Shown here: piece by piece, positions 16,004 to 24,248 of the stretch
Layout: each line of letters begins with the position of its first letter
Position numbering within the stretch: the first letter of the stretch is position 1
Assembly: GCA_040754495.1 (NCBI GenBank)
Contig: JBFMCO010000004.1
Location: forward strand, 1-31,268
DNA length: 31,268 nucleotides
From: Candidatus Micrarchaeota archaeon
Lineage (GTDB): Archaea > Micrarchaeota > Micrarchaeia > Anstonellales > Bilamarchaeaceae
Reading direction: 5' to 3'
Translations under genes and position numbers: made by a program
Notes under the pieces: generated by a model
Told to the model about the DNA's origin: nothing
Database searches by the model: none
What the model saw: the letters and a program-made list of their open reading frames with translations, nothing else

Positions 16004-16059
16004 GGCCGGCCCTCTCAATGTTGTGTGAATTAGAAGTTTGTGTAAATCGGTTTAAAACA

Positions 16060-17709
16060 CTACTGTGTCATCAGGACGGTCCCGGAATGCTGGTCTTCCA
16101 CGTCCTGCTGGGCGACCCTCCGGAGCCTCTGCACGAGGAGCTGCATGGCAAAAAGCGGGACCTCTCCGCCCGAATATCCCCTCCATCCGTCGAGGAAGCC
16201 GCGGTATCTCCTGAAGAGCGCGACCTCCCGCGTCCCGATATGGTAATCGAACATGCGCTGCCTTCCCTCGCTGGTCTCCGGATCCGGAATGCTGATGGAG
16301 AGGCCATGGAACGCTTCAAGCAGCTGGTGCAGGCGCTCCTCCACCTCTCCTTCAGGCGCCTCGGGCCGCTCGGGCGGCGTCCTGGATAGCGGGAGCGCCC
16401 CGCCCCGCGCAATGATGCGGGAGAGCTTCTGCTCCACTGCATCGTAGCAATCCTGGCGAAGGAGCCTGCACATCCCGTCCAGGCCGTTTGAGAGCTCATA
16501 GAAGGGGCTGCGACCGCTTGCGTGCGCCCCGATTATCCGCACGCGGTTGCCGCCAAAAACTATCGTGCCATGTATCTCCAGGTCGGACAGCTTCTGCCTT
16601 GCCACCTCGTCCTGCTGTGAGCTGTACTCGACAATCGGGGTGAAGACCCAGGATGAGGATTTCGGGATGGGCACGCCCCTATCCGGCGCCCCCACGGAAT
16701 TCAGCCGGTCGGTTCCTGCATCCTGCACGAATTTCGGGAATATCCCCTCAGCAGTGAGCGCGATGCAATAGAGGTAGGCCGCATCGCGGGAGAGCACCAT
16801 GAGGTTCGCATGCCTGCCGTAGGCATCGTCAGGGTGGCCTGCCCACCAGAAATCAATGAGCGTCGCAGGCGCCTTCATCCGGTCCCTTTCGTCGAAGGGA
16901 GCGGACGAGACCGTCATGCACGACTGCAGTGCGTCCTCTATCTGCGTTATGAAATGCATCGCACCGTCCCAACGGGGGCTGATGAGCGATGAGGAGAGGC
17001 CCAGGTCCGCAAGTGAATGGAGTCCGGAGGCGGCGAGCGCGAGCGGGGTGCGGGTCTCGTATATGCGGTCAAGCTCGCGCTGGAGCCTCCAGTCGAAATT
17101 CTGCATGTGCTCGCTTTTTCCCTTCCAGAATATGTCTCCGACACGGCCGGCGAACCTGCGCCAGCATGCCTGCGAGCGGGAACGGTACGCGAAAGCGAGG
17201 GTCGTCTGGCCGCCCCGGCCCACATAGACGGGGATTGCGTCGTAATCGTCCAGCTTGATGGGAGAGCCGAACCGCACCCTTGCATCATCGGTCGATACTC
17301 CGAACGTGTCGAGCAGCCGGAACGCCCCGGGGGACTGCGCGGCAAGGCGCAGGAGCGTGCGCCTCTGGGCCTCCAGCGCCGAAGCGGCATATCGGGATGC
17401 ATTGCCGACTCCAAGCGCCCGGGCCTCGCTTGGCAGGGTCGTGAAATGCGGGATGAGCGTCTTTCGCATTTCCCGGCCGGCCATCCGCACCCCGCTTGGC
17501 TCGATTGCAGGGGCCGGGGGCTGCGAAGCCGGCACATGCGTTATTGGCGCTGGGGACGCGGCTTCCCTTGATTCGTCCAGCCTGTCGAACGCGGCCAGGT
17601 GCCACGAGGCGGCGATGGCCCTCGCGATGCTCTCGGGCTCGAACGCCATCCCCCTTGACGACAGCATGGTCGGTTGAAGGAACCGCTTCAGGCTCTTCAG
17701 GCAGCACAC
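16060..17709 (-). CDS. Hypothetical protein (549 aa) whose N-terminal ~45 aa match an internal segment of the 1848-aa protein
   Basis: Long ORF with GC-rich codon pattern and an AT-rich promoter region upstream. The GTG start is supported by homology extending upstream of the first ATG. Confidence 0.7.
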   Translation of the reverse strand: MCCLKSLKRFLQPTMLSSRGMAFEPESIARAIAASWHLAAFDRLDESREAASPAPITHVPASQPPAPAIEPSGVRMAGREMRKTLIPHFTTLPSEARALGVGNASRYAASALEAQRRTLLRLAAQSPGAFRLLDTFGVSTDDARVRFGSPIKLDDYDAIPVYVGRGGQTTLAFAYRSRSQACWRRFAGRVGDIFWKGKSEHMQNFDWRLQRELDRIYETRTPLALAASGLHSLADLGLSSSLISPRWDGAMHFITQIEDALQSCMTVSSAPFDERDRMKAPATLIDFWWAGHPDDAYGRHANLMVLSRDAAYLYCIALTAEGIFPKFVQDAGTDRLNSVGAPDRGVPIPKSSSWVFTPIVEYSSQQDEVARQKLSDLEIHGTIVFGGNRVRIIGAHASGRSPFYELSNGLDGMCRLLRQDCYDAVEQKLSRIIARGGALPLSRTPPERPEAPEGEVEERLHQLLEAFHGLSISIPDPETSEGRQRMFDYHIGTREVALFRRYRGFLDGWRGYSGGEVPLFAMQLLVQRLRRVAQQDVEDQHSGTVLMTQ

Positions 17710-17813
17710 CCCGGGTTTCGGTTATTTTGTTATTATTTGTATCTATATATGTATGTATCCGTTTTTAAAACAATAAGCCCGGCATGGGGGTTCCCGCGGG
17801 GGAGAAGCTGCGG

Positions 17814-17958
17814 CGGTAAATCCGCAAATAACCTCCGCCTGTACGCCGGGGTTCCCGGCATCCGGCCTTCAGCATTCACGAAACGTTCAAAACCGGATGC
17901 TGGATGCTGAAAACCACCTGAGAGCAGCTGGTGTTGTAGAAGATGTTCGGACTAACTG
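17814..17958. mobile_element. MITE-like element copy B (145 bp, inverted relative to copy A)
   Basis: Ends CGGTAAATCCGCAA and (reverse complement) CAGTTAGTCCGAAC. Flanked by the 5-bp direct repeat TGCGG (17809-17813 and 17959-17963). Shares TCCGAACATCTTCT-N19-GGYGGTTTTC with copy A at identical spacing. Confidence 0.65.
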
Positions 17959-18017
17959 TGCGGGAGGCTCCGGTAACCCTTTTATGCCTTATCGTGCAAT
18001 TCCATTCCGCGATTCTG

Positions 18018-19196
18018 ATGTTGCCTAATATCTACAAGGGAGACTACAGGAAGCTGGCGGCGGTTCCGCTGCTGCTGCTCCTGGCCTCCATCTACTTCAT
18101 ACCTTCCATAAGGATGGGCGTCGATTTCCAGGGAGGCACCGTCATAGCCCTGTCGCTGAAGGCGCCAGCCGACGCGGAGGGGCTGCAGTCCGCGCTCCGC
18201 GGCGAGGGCCTTGACGCGAGCGTCCGCGTGTTCGAGACCGCAGTGGGATACCGCGCCGAAATCGAGGTCCCGCAGAGCCCGGACCTTGTCAGGGCGGACG
18301 AGCTCAAGTCCGAATTCAACGGCCTGTTCCCGGTCGTGGCGCAGCTCGAGGTCGCATCATTGCAGAACGCAAGCCAGAACCAGGCGTACCTTGAGAAGAA
18401 GGCTGAGCTGGATGCCGTAGCCGACGAGCTGTTCGCGCTCGCCGGCAAAAGCAGGAGCACGCTGAACATAAGCGGCACCAACGAGCTGCAGAAGGAGTTC
18501 TCCTCCGCTTATTCGGAGATCTATTCCTCGTACCAGGATTCCATCTCCGCCCCGATAAACAAGCACATAGATTACGATTCGATATCCGTGCAGACTGTCA
18601 GCCCGGGCCTTTCCACCCACTTCATAGGGGTGGCCATCAACGTGGTAATGCTCGCGATAGTGCTCAGCCTCATCCTCGTTTTCCTTTTCTTCCGCTCGCT
18701 GCCCCCGAGCATCGCGGTGCTGACCGGGGCGGTCTGCGACATTGTGATGGCGCTCGGCGCGATGGGGCTGTTCGGCATACCCCTGACGCTCGCATCTTTC
18801 GCCGCCCTGCTGATGCTCCTCGGATTCTCTCTCGACACTGACATACTGCTCACGACAAGGATGCTCAAGAGGAAGGGCGACGCGAGAGAGAACGCTTATG
18901 ACGCCATGAAGACCGGCCTCACGATGAGCATCATGGCAATTATCGCGTTCGGCGCTCTTTTCATCCTCGCGGTGGTCACGCGCATACCGACCTATTACGA
19001 GATATCGGCCGTGGCCCTTGCCGGCCTTGTCGCAGACATGTTCGCGACATGGGGCATCAACGCTGTCATGATACTGCACTATGTGGAGAGCAGAGGGGGG
19101 GTTTCCGGTTCCGGGTCTCCGGTTCCGTCCGTACGAGCCCCAAAACCGGAAACTGACAACCGGGAACCGGCCCGCGGGCCCGGGAGGGGAGCCTGA
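18018..19196 (+). CDS. secF: Protein translocase subunit SecF (archaeal type)
   Basis: MGVDFQGGT motif, ISVQTVSPGLS, six-TM C-terminal region with GFSLDTDILLT. Likely start is ATG at 18018; the track ORF starts at 17943. Confidence 0.9.
   Translation: MLPNIYKGDYRKLAAVPLLLLLASIYFIPSIRMGVDFQGGTVIALSLKAPADAEGLQSALRGEGLDASVRVFETAVGYRAEIEVPQSPDLVRADELKSEFNGLFPVVAQLEVASLQNASQNQAYLEKKAELDAVADELFALAGKSRSTLNISGTNELQKEFSSAYSEIYSSYQDSISAPINKHIDYDSISVQTVSPGLSTHFIGVAINVVMLAIVLSLILVFLFFRSLPPSIAVLTGAVCDIVMALGAMGLFGIPLTLASFAALLMLLGFSLDTDILLTTRMLKRKGDARENAYDAMKTGLTMSIMAIIAFGALFILAVVTRIPTYYEISAVALAGLVADMFATWGINAVMILHYVESRGGVSGSGSPVPSVRAPKPETDNREPARGPGRGA
19100..19169. repeat. Palindromic 7-bp tandem repeat inside the 3' end of secF
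   Basis: GGTTTCC GGTTCCG GGTCTCC GGTTCCG ... CAAAACC GGAAACT GACAACC GGGAACC; translated as the low-complexity SecF tail. Confidence 0.75.
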
Positions 19197-20899
19197 TGGA
19201 ATTCTACAGGGACGGCCGGTTCATGTTCCTTGCAGCGATGTTCATCATTCTCGCCGCGGGCATAATCGCCTTCGCGGGCTGGCTGCTCATATTGGCGCTC
19301 CTTATATTCGGGTTCGCATCGCTCGCCTGGAAGGAGCCGCACATAAAGCTCTCCGGCATGGGCATGCTTGTCATTCTCGCCGCGCTGAACATACTCGTAA
19401 ACGGCATGAATTTCGGCATCGACTTCGTGGGCGGAACGCGCATACCGGTGCTTCTCGAGCATCCGGTGGACCAGTCCACGATGAACGAGCTCGTCCAGAC
19501 CATAAAGAACCGGGCAAGCACGCTCGGCCTCAAGGAGGTCAAGGCGCGTGCGATAGGCAACAGCGTGGTGAACGTCGAAATCGCCAGCTCGGACGAGGAG
19601 ACGATAGAATTCATCGAGAAGACGCTCTCCCAGCAGGGAGTCTTCCTCGGGGTGGTGGACGGGAATGTGGCCGTGAGCGGGGACCACATCTACAGGACAT
19701 CCATCAGGCCCATAGGGCCGGCCGAGCTGGTCCGGCAGGGGGCCGACTGGGGGGTAGGATTCTCGGTCGACCAGGAAGGGGCCGAGCAGTTCGCCAAGGC
19801 GGCCAAGGACAAGGCTGATTACCCGATATATATGTTCCTGGACAGGCCGGACGATGCGGCCCTGTTCTATGAAAGGGAGACCTTCCGGAACTACATCCCG
19901 GGCGATTCCGGGGAGAAAGAGTCCCTTCGGACGCTGCAGGACATGCTCAGGCTGGAGGGCGGGCGGGACGTGCCGGTCTATATCTTAGAGGACATCCCTG
20001 CCAACCTCACGGCGCCGACGAACAAGACGCGCGCCTTCGTGAGCGAAGGCATGGGGGAGGACGGGGAGGAGCTCCTCCGCGGAAGGGGCTTCACCGTGGT
20101 CGAGCTGAACGAGAGCGTTATGAGGCCCGAGCTCTCGCGCACGCGCAGCGGGGTGCTCACCGTCGGAAAGCTCGAGGCCGCAGGCCTGCTCACAGCGCCG
20201 CTGCTTGGCGGCCAGATAACGAGCGGCAGCCTCAACTACAACTACATAATCAGCGGAAGCGTGAACTCGACGGACCCGCGGCTCAAAAGCCAGGAGGCGG
20301 CCGCGAGGGTGAAGAGCATCGAGTCCATTCTCAAGGGAGGCGCGCTCCCGGTCCAGATATCGCTCGGCTCCCGCACCACGCTGCCGGCATCGCTGGGCGG
20401 GGAGTTCCTGAAGCTCAGCCTGCTCGGCATAGGCGGCTCGCTCGTCCTCATATCCTTCCTCATCGGGGTGAGGTACAGGAACCTGAGGGCGGCCGCTCCA
20501 ATCGTGCTGATAAGCATGGCCGAGCTGCTCATACTGCTTTCCATCCTCGGCTCGTTCACGATTGACCTTGCCGCGATGGCCGGCATCCTGGCCGCGATAG
20601 GCGTGGGCGTCGATGCCCAGATAGTCATAACCGACGAGCTGCTGAAAAGGGACGAGCGGAAGACCTCGGAGAAGGTCGAGTTCGCGTTCGGCATCATAAA
20701 GACCAACGCCATAGTCGCCATATTCTCCATGGTGCCGCTGCTCTTTTCCGGGCTGGTCGAGATAATCGGCTTCGCGATATCCACCATGCTCGGCGCCCTG
20801 CTCGGCTACCTTCTCACAAGGCCGGCCTACGCCGCGATAGTCGAGAAGGTGCTGGAGATAGAGCGCAACGAGCACCACGAGCCCCCTCCGGCCTCCTGA
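19196..20899 (+). CDS. secD: Protein translocase subunit SecD (archaeal type)
   Basis: FGIDFVGGT, LKGGALPV and GVGVDAQIVITDE motifs. TGATG coupling to secF and a GGGAGGGG RBS. Confidence 0.92.
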   Translation: MEFYRDGRFMFLAAMFIILAAGIIAFAGWLLILALLIFGFASLAWKEPHIKLSGMGMLVILAALNILVNGMNFGIDFVGGTRIPVLLEHPVDQSTMNELVQTIKNRASTLGLKEVKARAIGNSVVNVEIASSDEETIEFIEKTLSQQGVFLGVVDGNVAVSGDHIYRTSIRPIGPAELVRQGADWGVGFSVDQEGAEQFAKAAKDKADYPIYMFLDRPDDAALFYERETFRNYIPGDSGEKESLRTLQDMLRLEGGRDVPVYILEDIPANLTAPTNKTRAFVSEGMGEDGEELLRGRGFTVVELNESVMRPELSRTRSGVLTVGKLEAAGLLTAPLLGGQITSGSLNYNYIISGSVNSTDPRLKSQEAAARVKSIESILKGGALPVQISLGSRTTLPASLGGEFLKLSLLGIGGSLVLISFLIGVRYRNLRAAAPIVLISMAELLILLSILGSFTIDLAAMAGILAAIGVGVDAQIVITDELLKRDERKTSEKVEFAFGIIKTNAIVAIFSMVPLLFSGLVEIIGFAISTMLGALLGYLLTRPAYAAIVEKVLEIERNEHHEPPPAS

Positions 20900-20944
20900 G
20901 CGCGGAAACACATATTTTTAATCTTTTTGAAACATATTTGAAAC

Positions 20945-22555
20945 ATGCAGAGGCAGAGAGGCAGCGGCAGGCCTCCGACAGAGGACACCAGGGCGGAGAA
21001 TCTTGCCAGGAAGGCCGCACCGCACAAGACTGACCAGGCTGATTCACTTTCCGGCTCCACCGTGAGCGGGCTGAACGCGAGCTACAGCATTCTCGCGCCG
21101 CTTGATGCCGGCGGAATGGGCCAGGTCTATGAAGCGCTCAACACGGCCACCGGAGAGAAGGTCGCAATCAAGTTCATCCTGGAAAGGCTGACCAAGGACC
21201 TGCCCCCGGACGAGGCCAAGAAGATGGAGGAGAGGTTCTTCAGGGAGGCCAAGGCCGCCGCGTCCGTGGACCACCCGAACGTGGTGAGGACGCTGGATAT
21301 AGGCATGGCCGACGACAACGCTTTCTTCGTGATGGAGTTCCTGCCCGGGAAGGACCTCGACGACGTCCTCAAGAAGGAGCGGCGAATCGGCTGGGAAACG
21401 CTTGCGCCAATCATGATGCAGGTCTGCGAGGGCGTGCATGCGGCGCACCTCAAGGGCCTCATACACAGGGACCTGAAGCCGGCCAACATAAAGCTCGCCG
21501 AAATCAGCGGCCAGCAGGTCGTGAAGGTGCTCGATTTCGGTCTGGCCAAATTCGCCCACGGCACTGAAGAGGACCTGACCAAGACCGGCAACATCATGGG
21601 CACCCCCACGTATGTGGCGCCCGAGCAGGTCGAGGAGGCCATCGGCAAGCGGGAGAGCTACGGCCACGAGGTGGACATATTCGCCCTCGGCGCGATAATG
21701 TACAGGGTGGTCACCGGGTACCCCCCGTTCAAGGGCGAAAACGACCTGAAGACCATGATTATGCGCCTTGAGACGAGGCCGCAGATGCCAAGGGAGCTTG
21801 ACGCGTCATTAACCCCGGAAGCCGAAGCGGTCATCATGAAAGCGATGGCAAGGAATCCGGAGGAAAGGCACCGGACTGCGATGGAGCTCCGCGATGCGAT
21901 TGCATCAACGCTTGGCGCATCGCCCTTCTCAGGAGGGAGGCCGGCGTCCGATGACATGTTCCTGGGCGACATACTGAGCTCCATGGAGAGCGGCCGGAGG
22001 CCCATCCAGCAGGTTTTGCCGCCAGAGGAGACGCCGCCGGTGCAGGCGTCGCTTGCGGCCATACATGCGATGGAGAAGCCCAGGGGCGTTTTCGGGAAGC
22101 TCGTCAAGGCGACGCTGATTCTGGCGGCGCTCAGCGGGGCCGGATACGGAATCTATCATTACAGGGATTTCATCGGGGAAAAGTTCAGGGAGCTCACGGG
22201 CGCGGGCCAGAGCGCCGAGCAGCCAAAGCCCGCCCCCTCCGCGGAGCAGGCGGCCAGCGAATACCTTGTCAGCGTGGAGAGCGTCCCCACCGGAGCGACG
22301 GTATTCCTCGTCAACGGAAGCTCCCGCGATTATCTTGGCAACACGCCGCTCACCAAGAGGCTCGCGGCCGGGGAGCACACGCTTCTTGTCAGGAGAAGCG
22401 GCTATTCGCCGCGGCGCATAACCGTTTCCGAATACAGGGCGTCCCAGAGGGTCGTGCTGAGCAGGCCGGCTGCAAGGCGCGAGGCGCCCGCGCCAGATGA
22501 GGCGGCCGAAGACCTTGCACCCGAAGGCACTGCAGAGCCGGACGAACCGCAGTAA
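20945..22555 (+). CDS. Hanks-type Ser/Thr protein kinase with TM helix and C-terminal PEGA domain
   Basis: AGGMGQVY, VAIK, RFFREA, HRDLKPAN, DFGLAK, GTPTYVAPE, DIFALG, GYPPF. TM segment LILAALSGAGYGIY. PEGA pattern VESVPTGATV...LGNTP...GEHTLLVRRSGY. Confidence 0.95.
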   Translation: MQRQRGSGRPPTEDTRAENLARKAAPHKTDQADSLSGSTVSGLNASYSILAPLDAGGMGQVYEALNTATGEKVAIKFILERLTKDLPPDEAKKMEERFFREAKAAASVDHPNVVRTLDIGMADDNAFFVMEFLPGKDLDDVLKKERRIGWETLAPIMMQVCEGVHAAHLKGLIHRDLKPANIKLAEISGQQVVKVLDFGLAKFAHGTEEDLTKTGNIMGTPTYVAPEQVEEAIGKRESYGHEVDIFALGAIMYRVVTGYPPFKGENDLKTMIMRLETRPQMPRELDASLTPEAEAVIMKAMARNPEERHRTAMELRDAIASTLGASPFSGGRPASDDMFLGDILSSMESGRRPIQQVLPPEETPPVQASLAAIHAMEKPRGVFGKLVKATLILAALSGAGYGIYHYRDFIGEKFRELTGAGQSAEQPKPAPSAEQAASEYLVSVESVPTGATVFLVNGSSRDYLGNTPLTKRLAAGEHTLLVRRSGYSPRRITVSEYRASQRVVLSRPAARREAPAPDEAAEDLAPEGTAEPDEPQ

Positions 22556-22566
22556 CAGGTGTAGGC

Positions 22567-24207
22567 ATGCACGGCTCGAAGAAGAAGGGGCATGGGCCCG
22601 ATGGCGGCGGTCCCACCCTGGGAACCGTTCTTCCTGAGGCCGAAGGCATCCTTAAGGGCTCGATAAACGGGAAATACGACATAATCGGGAAAATAGGGGG
22701 AGGAGGGACCGCGGACATATACCTTGCGGTCTCAAGGGAAAGCGGGGAAAGGGTGGCGGTGAAGGTCCTCAAAAGCGACCCCCATATACGCTCCTCGATG
22801 GACGAACGCATGTTCATAGAGGCCAAGGCCGCGGCGATGATAAACCATCCCAACGTCATAGAGGTCCTGGACGTCGGCACCTTCGGGGACATGATATACT
22901 GCGCCATGGAGTATGTGGAGGGCGAGGACCTCGGGAAGACGATTCTGCGCGAGAGGTGCATCGCGTGGGAGCGCGCGGCGAGAATTATTATGGACGTGTG
23001 CGACGGGGCCGAGGCCGCTCACCGCATGAACATCCTCCACCGGGACCTGAAGCCGGAGAACATCGTCCTTTATCGCAAAGGCGGCGAGGAGCGTGTGAAG
23101 GTGCTGGATTTCGGGCTTGCCAAGATGGTGGGCGGCGACCAGTCCCTCACCAAGGAGGGGATAATCGTGGGCACCCCCACTTACATGGCGCCGGAGCAGG
23201 CGTGGAAAGGCAGCTATGACCACCGCGTGGACATCTATGCCATAGGCGCCATACTGTACGAGATGCTCTGCGGGAGGCCGCCGTTCATAAGCGAAGCCCC
23301 GGACGAGAAGACGCAGATACTCCAGAAGCTCATGGCCCATCTCAAGGAGCAGCCGAAGCGCCCGGGTGAATACGCCTCGGATGCCGGCGCGCCCCGCGCG
23401 CTCGAGGATGTCGTCATGAAGGCGCTTGCGAAGGAGCCGGGGGAGCGTTTCCAGAGCGCGGCGGAGATGAAGAACGCGATAGCCGCGTGCCTGCCCCGGC
23501 CGGTCCGGGAGGAGCCTGACGACGCGCCAGTAGTGGAGATAACCGGCGGCGACGAGGGCGAGGCTCCGGTTGCGCCGCAGCCGAGGCCGTCCGCCGCCCC
23601 GAAGCGCGCCTCGGAAGTGGTGCTCCCGAGGGCGGACAAGGGGCCGGCGAGCAAAGACATCGAGGAGATTCTCGGCGAGCCGCCGGTGGAGGCGGAGCCG
23701 CACGGCTGCGGATGGTGCACCTTCAGGAGGCTGCTCGCGGTCGGACTCGTAGGCGCAGCGGCGTATCTGGCTTACCAGAACTGGGGGCCCATCAGGGACT
23801 TCGCGAAAGATGCGTATCATCGCATCTCCGGCTCCGGGCCTGCGCCAGAGCGGGAGGCGCACGAGGAGATGCAGCACCCGGACCAGACATCGTTCATGGC
23901 CACGATCGAGAGCGACCCGCCGGGAGCTTCGGCGTACGAGCTCGCAGGGGGGACAAGGAGGCACCTCGGATTCACCCCTCTCAGCATACGCTTCCAGAAC
24001 GGGGAGCATGTAATCCTCGTGAGCAAGAGAGGCCACCAGGACAGGAGGGTGACGCTTAGCGAGGCGCACCCTGCCGAGCGGCTCAGCCTCAGGCGCATTC
24101 CGCGCAGGCCGAGGGTGCAGCCGCAGCCCGTCGAAGAACTGGATGAAGAGCCGCCTGCTGACGAGGCGGAGCCGCCATCCGGCGGGCAGGGAGAGGCGCC
24201 GGAGTAG
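22567..24207 (+). CDS. Second Hanks-type Ser/Thr protein kinase with TM helix and PEGA domain (tandem paralog)
   Basis: GGGGTADIY, VAVK, HRDLKPEN, DFGLAK, GTPTYMAPE, DIYAIG, GRPPF. TM segment LLAVGLVGAAAYLAY. PEGA pattern IESDPPGA...LGFTP...GEHVILVSKRGH. AGGTG RBS. Confidence 0.95.
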   Translation: MHGSKKKGHGPDGGGPTLGTVLPEAEGILKGSINGKYDIIGKIGGGGTADIYLAVSRESGERVAVKVLKSDPHIRSSMDERMFIEAKAAAMINHPNVIEVLDVGTFGDMIYCAMEYVEGEDLGKTILRERCIAWERAARIIMDVCDGAEAAHRMNILHRDLKPENIVLYRKGGEERVKVLDFGLAKMVGGDQSLTKEGIIVGTPTYMAPEQAWKGSYDHRVDIYAIGAILYEMLCGRPPFISEAPDEKTQILQKLMAHLKEQPKRPGEYASDAGAPRALEDVVMKALAKEPGERFQSAAEMKNAIAACLPRPVREEPDDAPVVEITGGDEGEAPVAPQPRPSAAPKRASEVVLPRADKGPASKDIEEILGEPPVEAEPHGCGWCTFRRLLAVGLVGAAAYLAYQNWGPIRDFAKDAYHRISGSGPAPEREAHEEMQHPDQTSFMATIESDPPGASAYELAGGTRRHLGFTPLSIRFQNGEHVILVSKRGHQDRRVTLSEAHPAERLSLRRIPRRPRVQPQPVEELDEEPPADEAEPPSGGQGEAPE

Positions 24208-24248
24208 CCCCGACATACGTTTTAAAACTGTGGATTCGCTATCAGGTC

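Noticed and set aside
17778-17850. Fluoride or cobalamin riboswitch-like, or tRNA-like, fold upstream of secF (ATGGGGGTT...AATAACCTCC; GCGG-CGGTAAAT-CCGC)
   Set aside because: P1 pairing and key conserved residues are missing. The segment straddles the left end of MITE copy B, and the downstream gene does not fit either ligand.
17858-17911. H-type pseudoknot (GCATCCGG/CCGGATGC interleaved with TTCAGCATTC/GGATGCTGAA)
   Set aside because: It is explained by alternative pairing registers of the 7-bp repeats inside MITE copy B.
17770-17960. RNase P or SRP RNA (CGGGCTTAT on the minus strand resembles the RNase P 3' end)
   Set aside because: There is no GAGGAAAGTCC-like CR-I, no ACAGAA, and no SRP helix 8 motif; the space is also too short.
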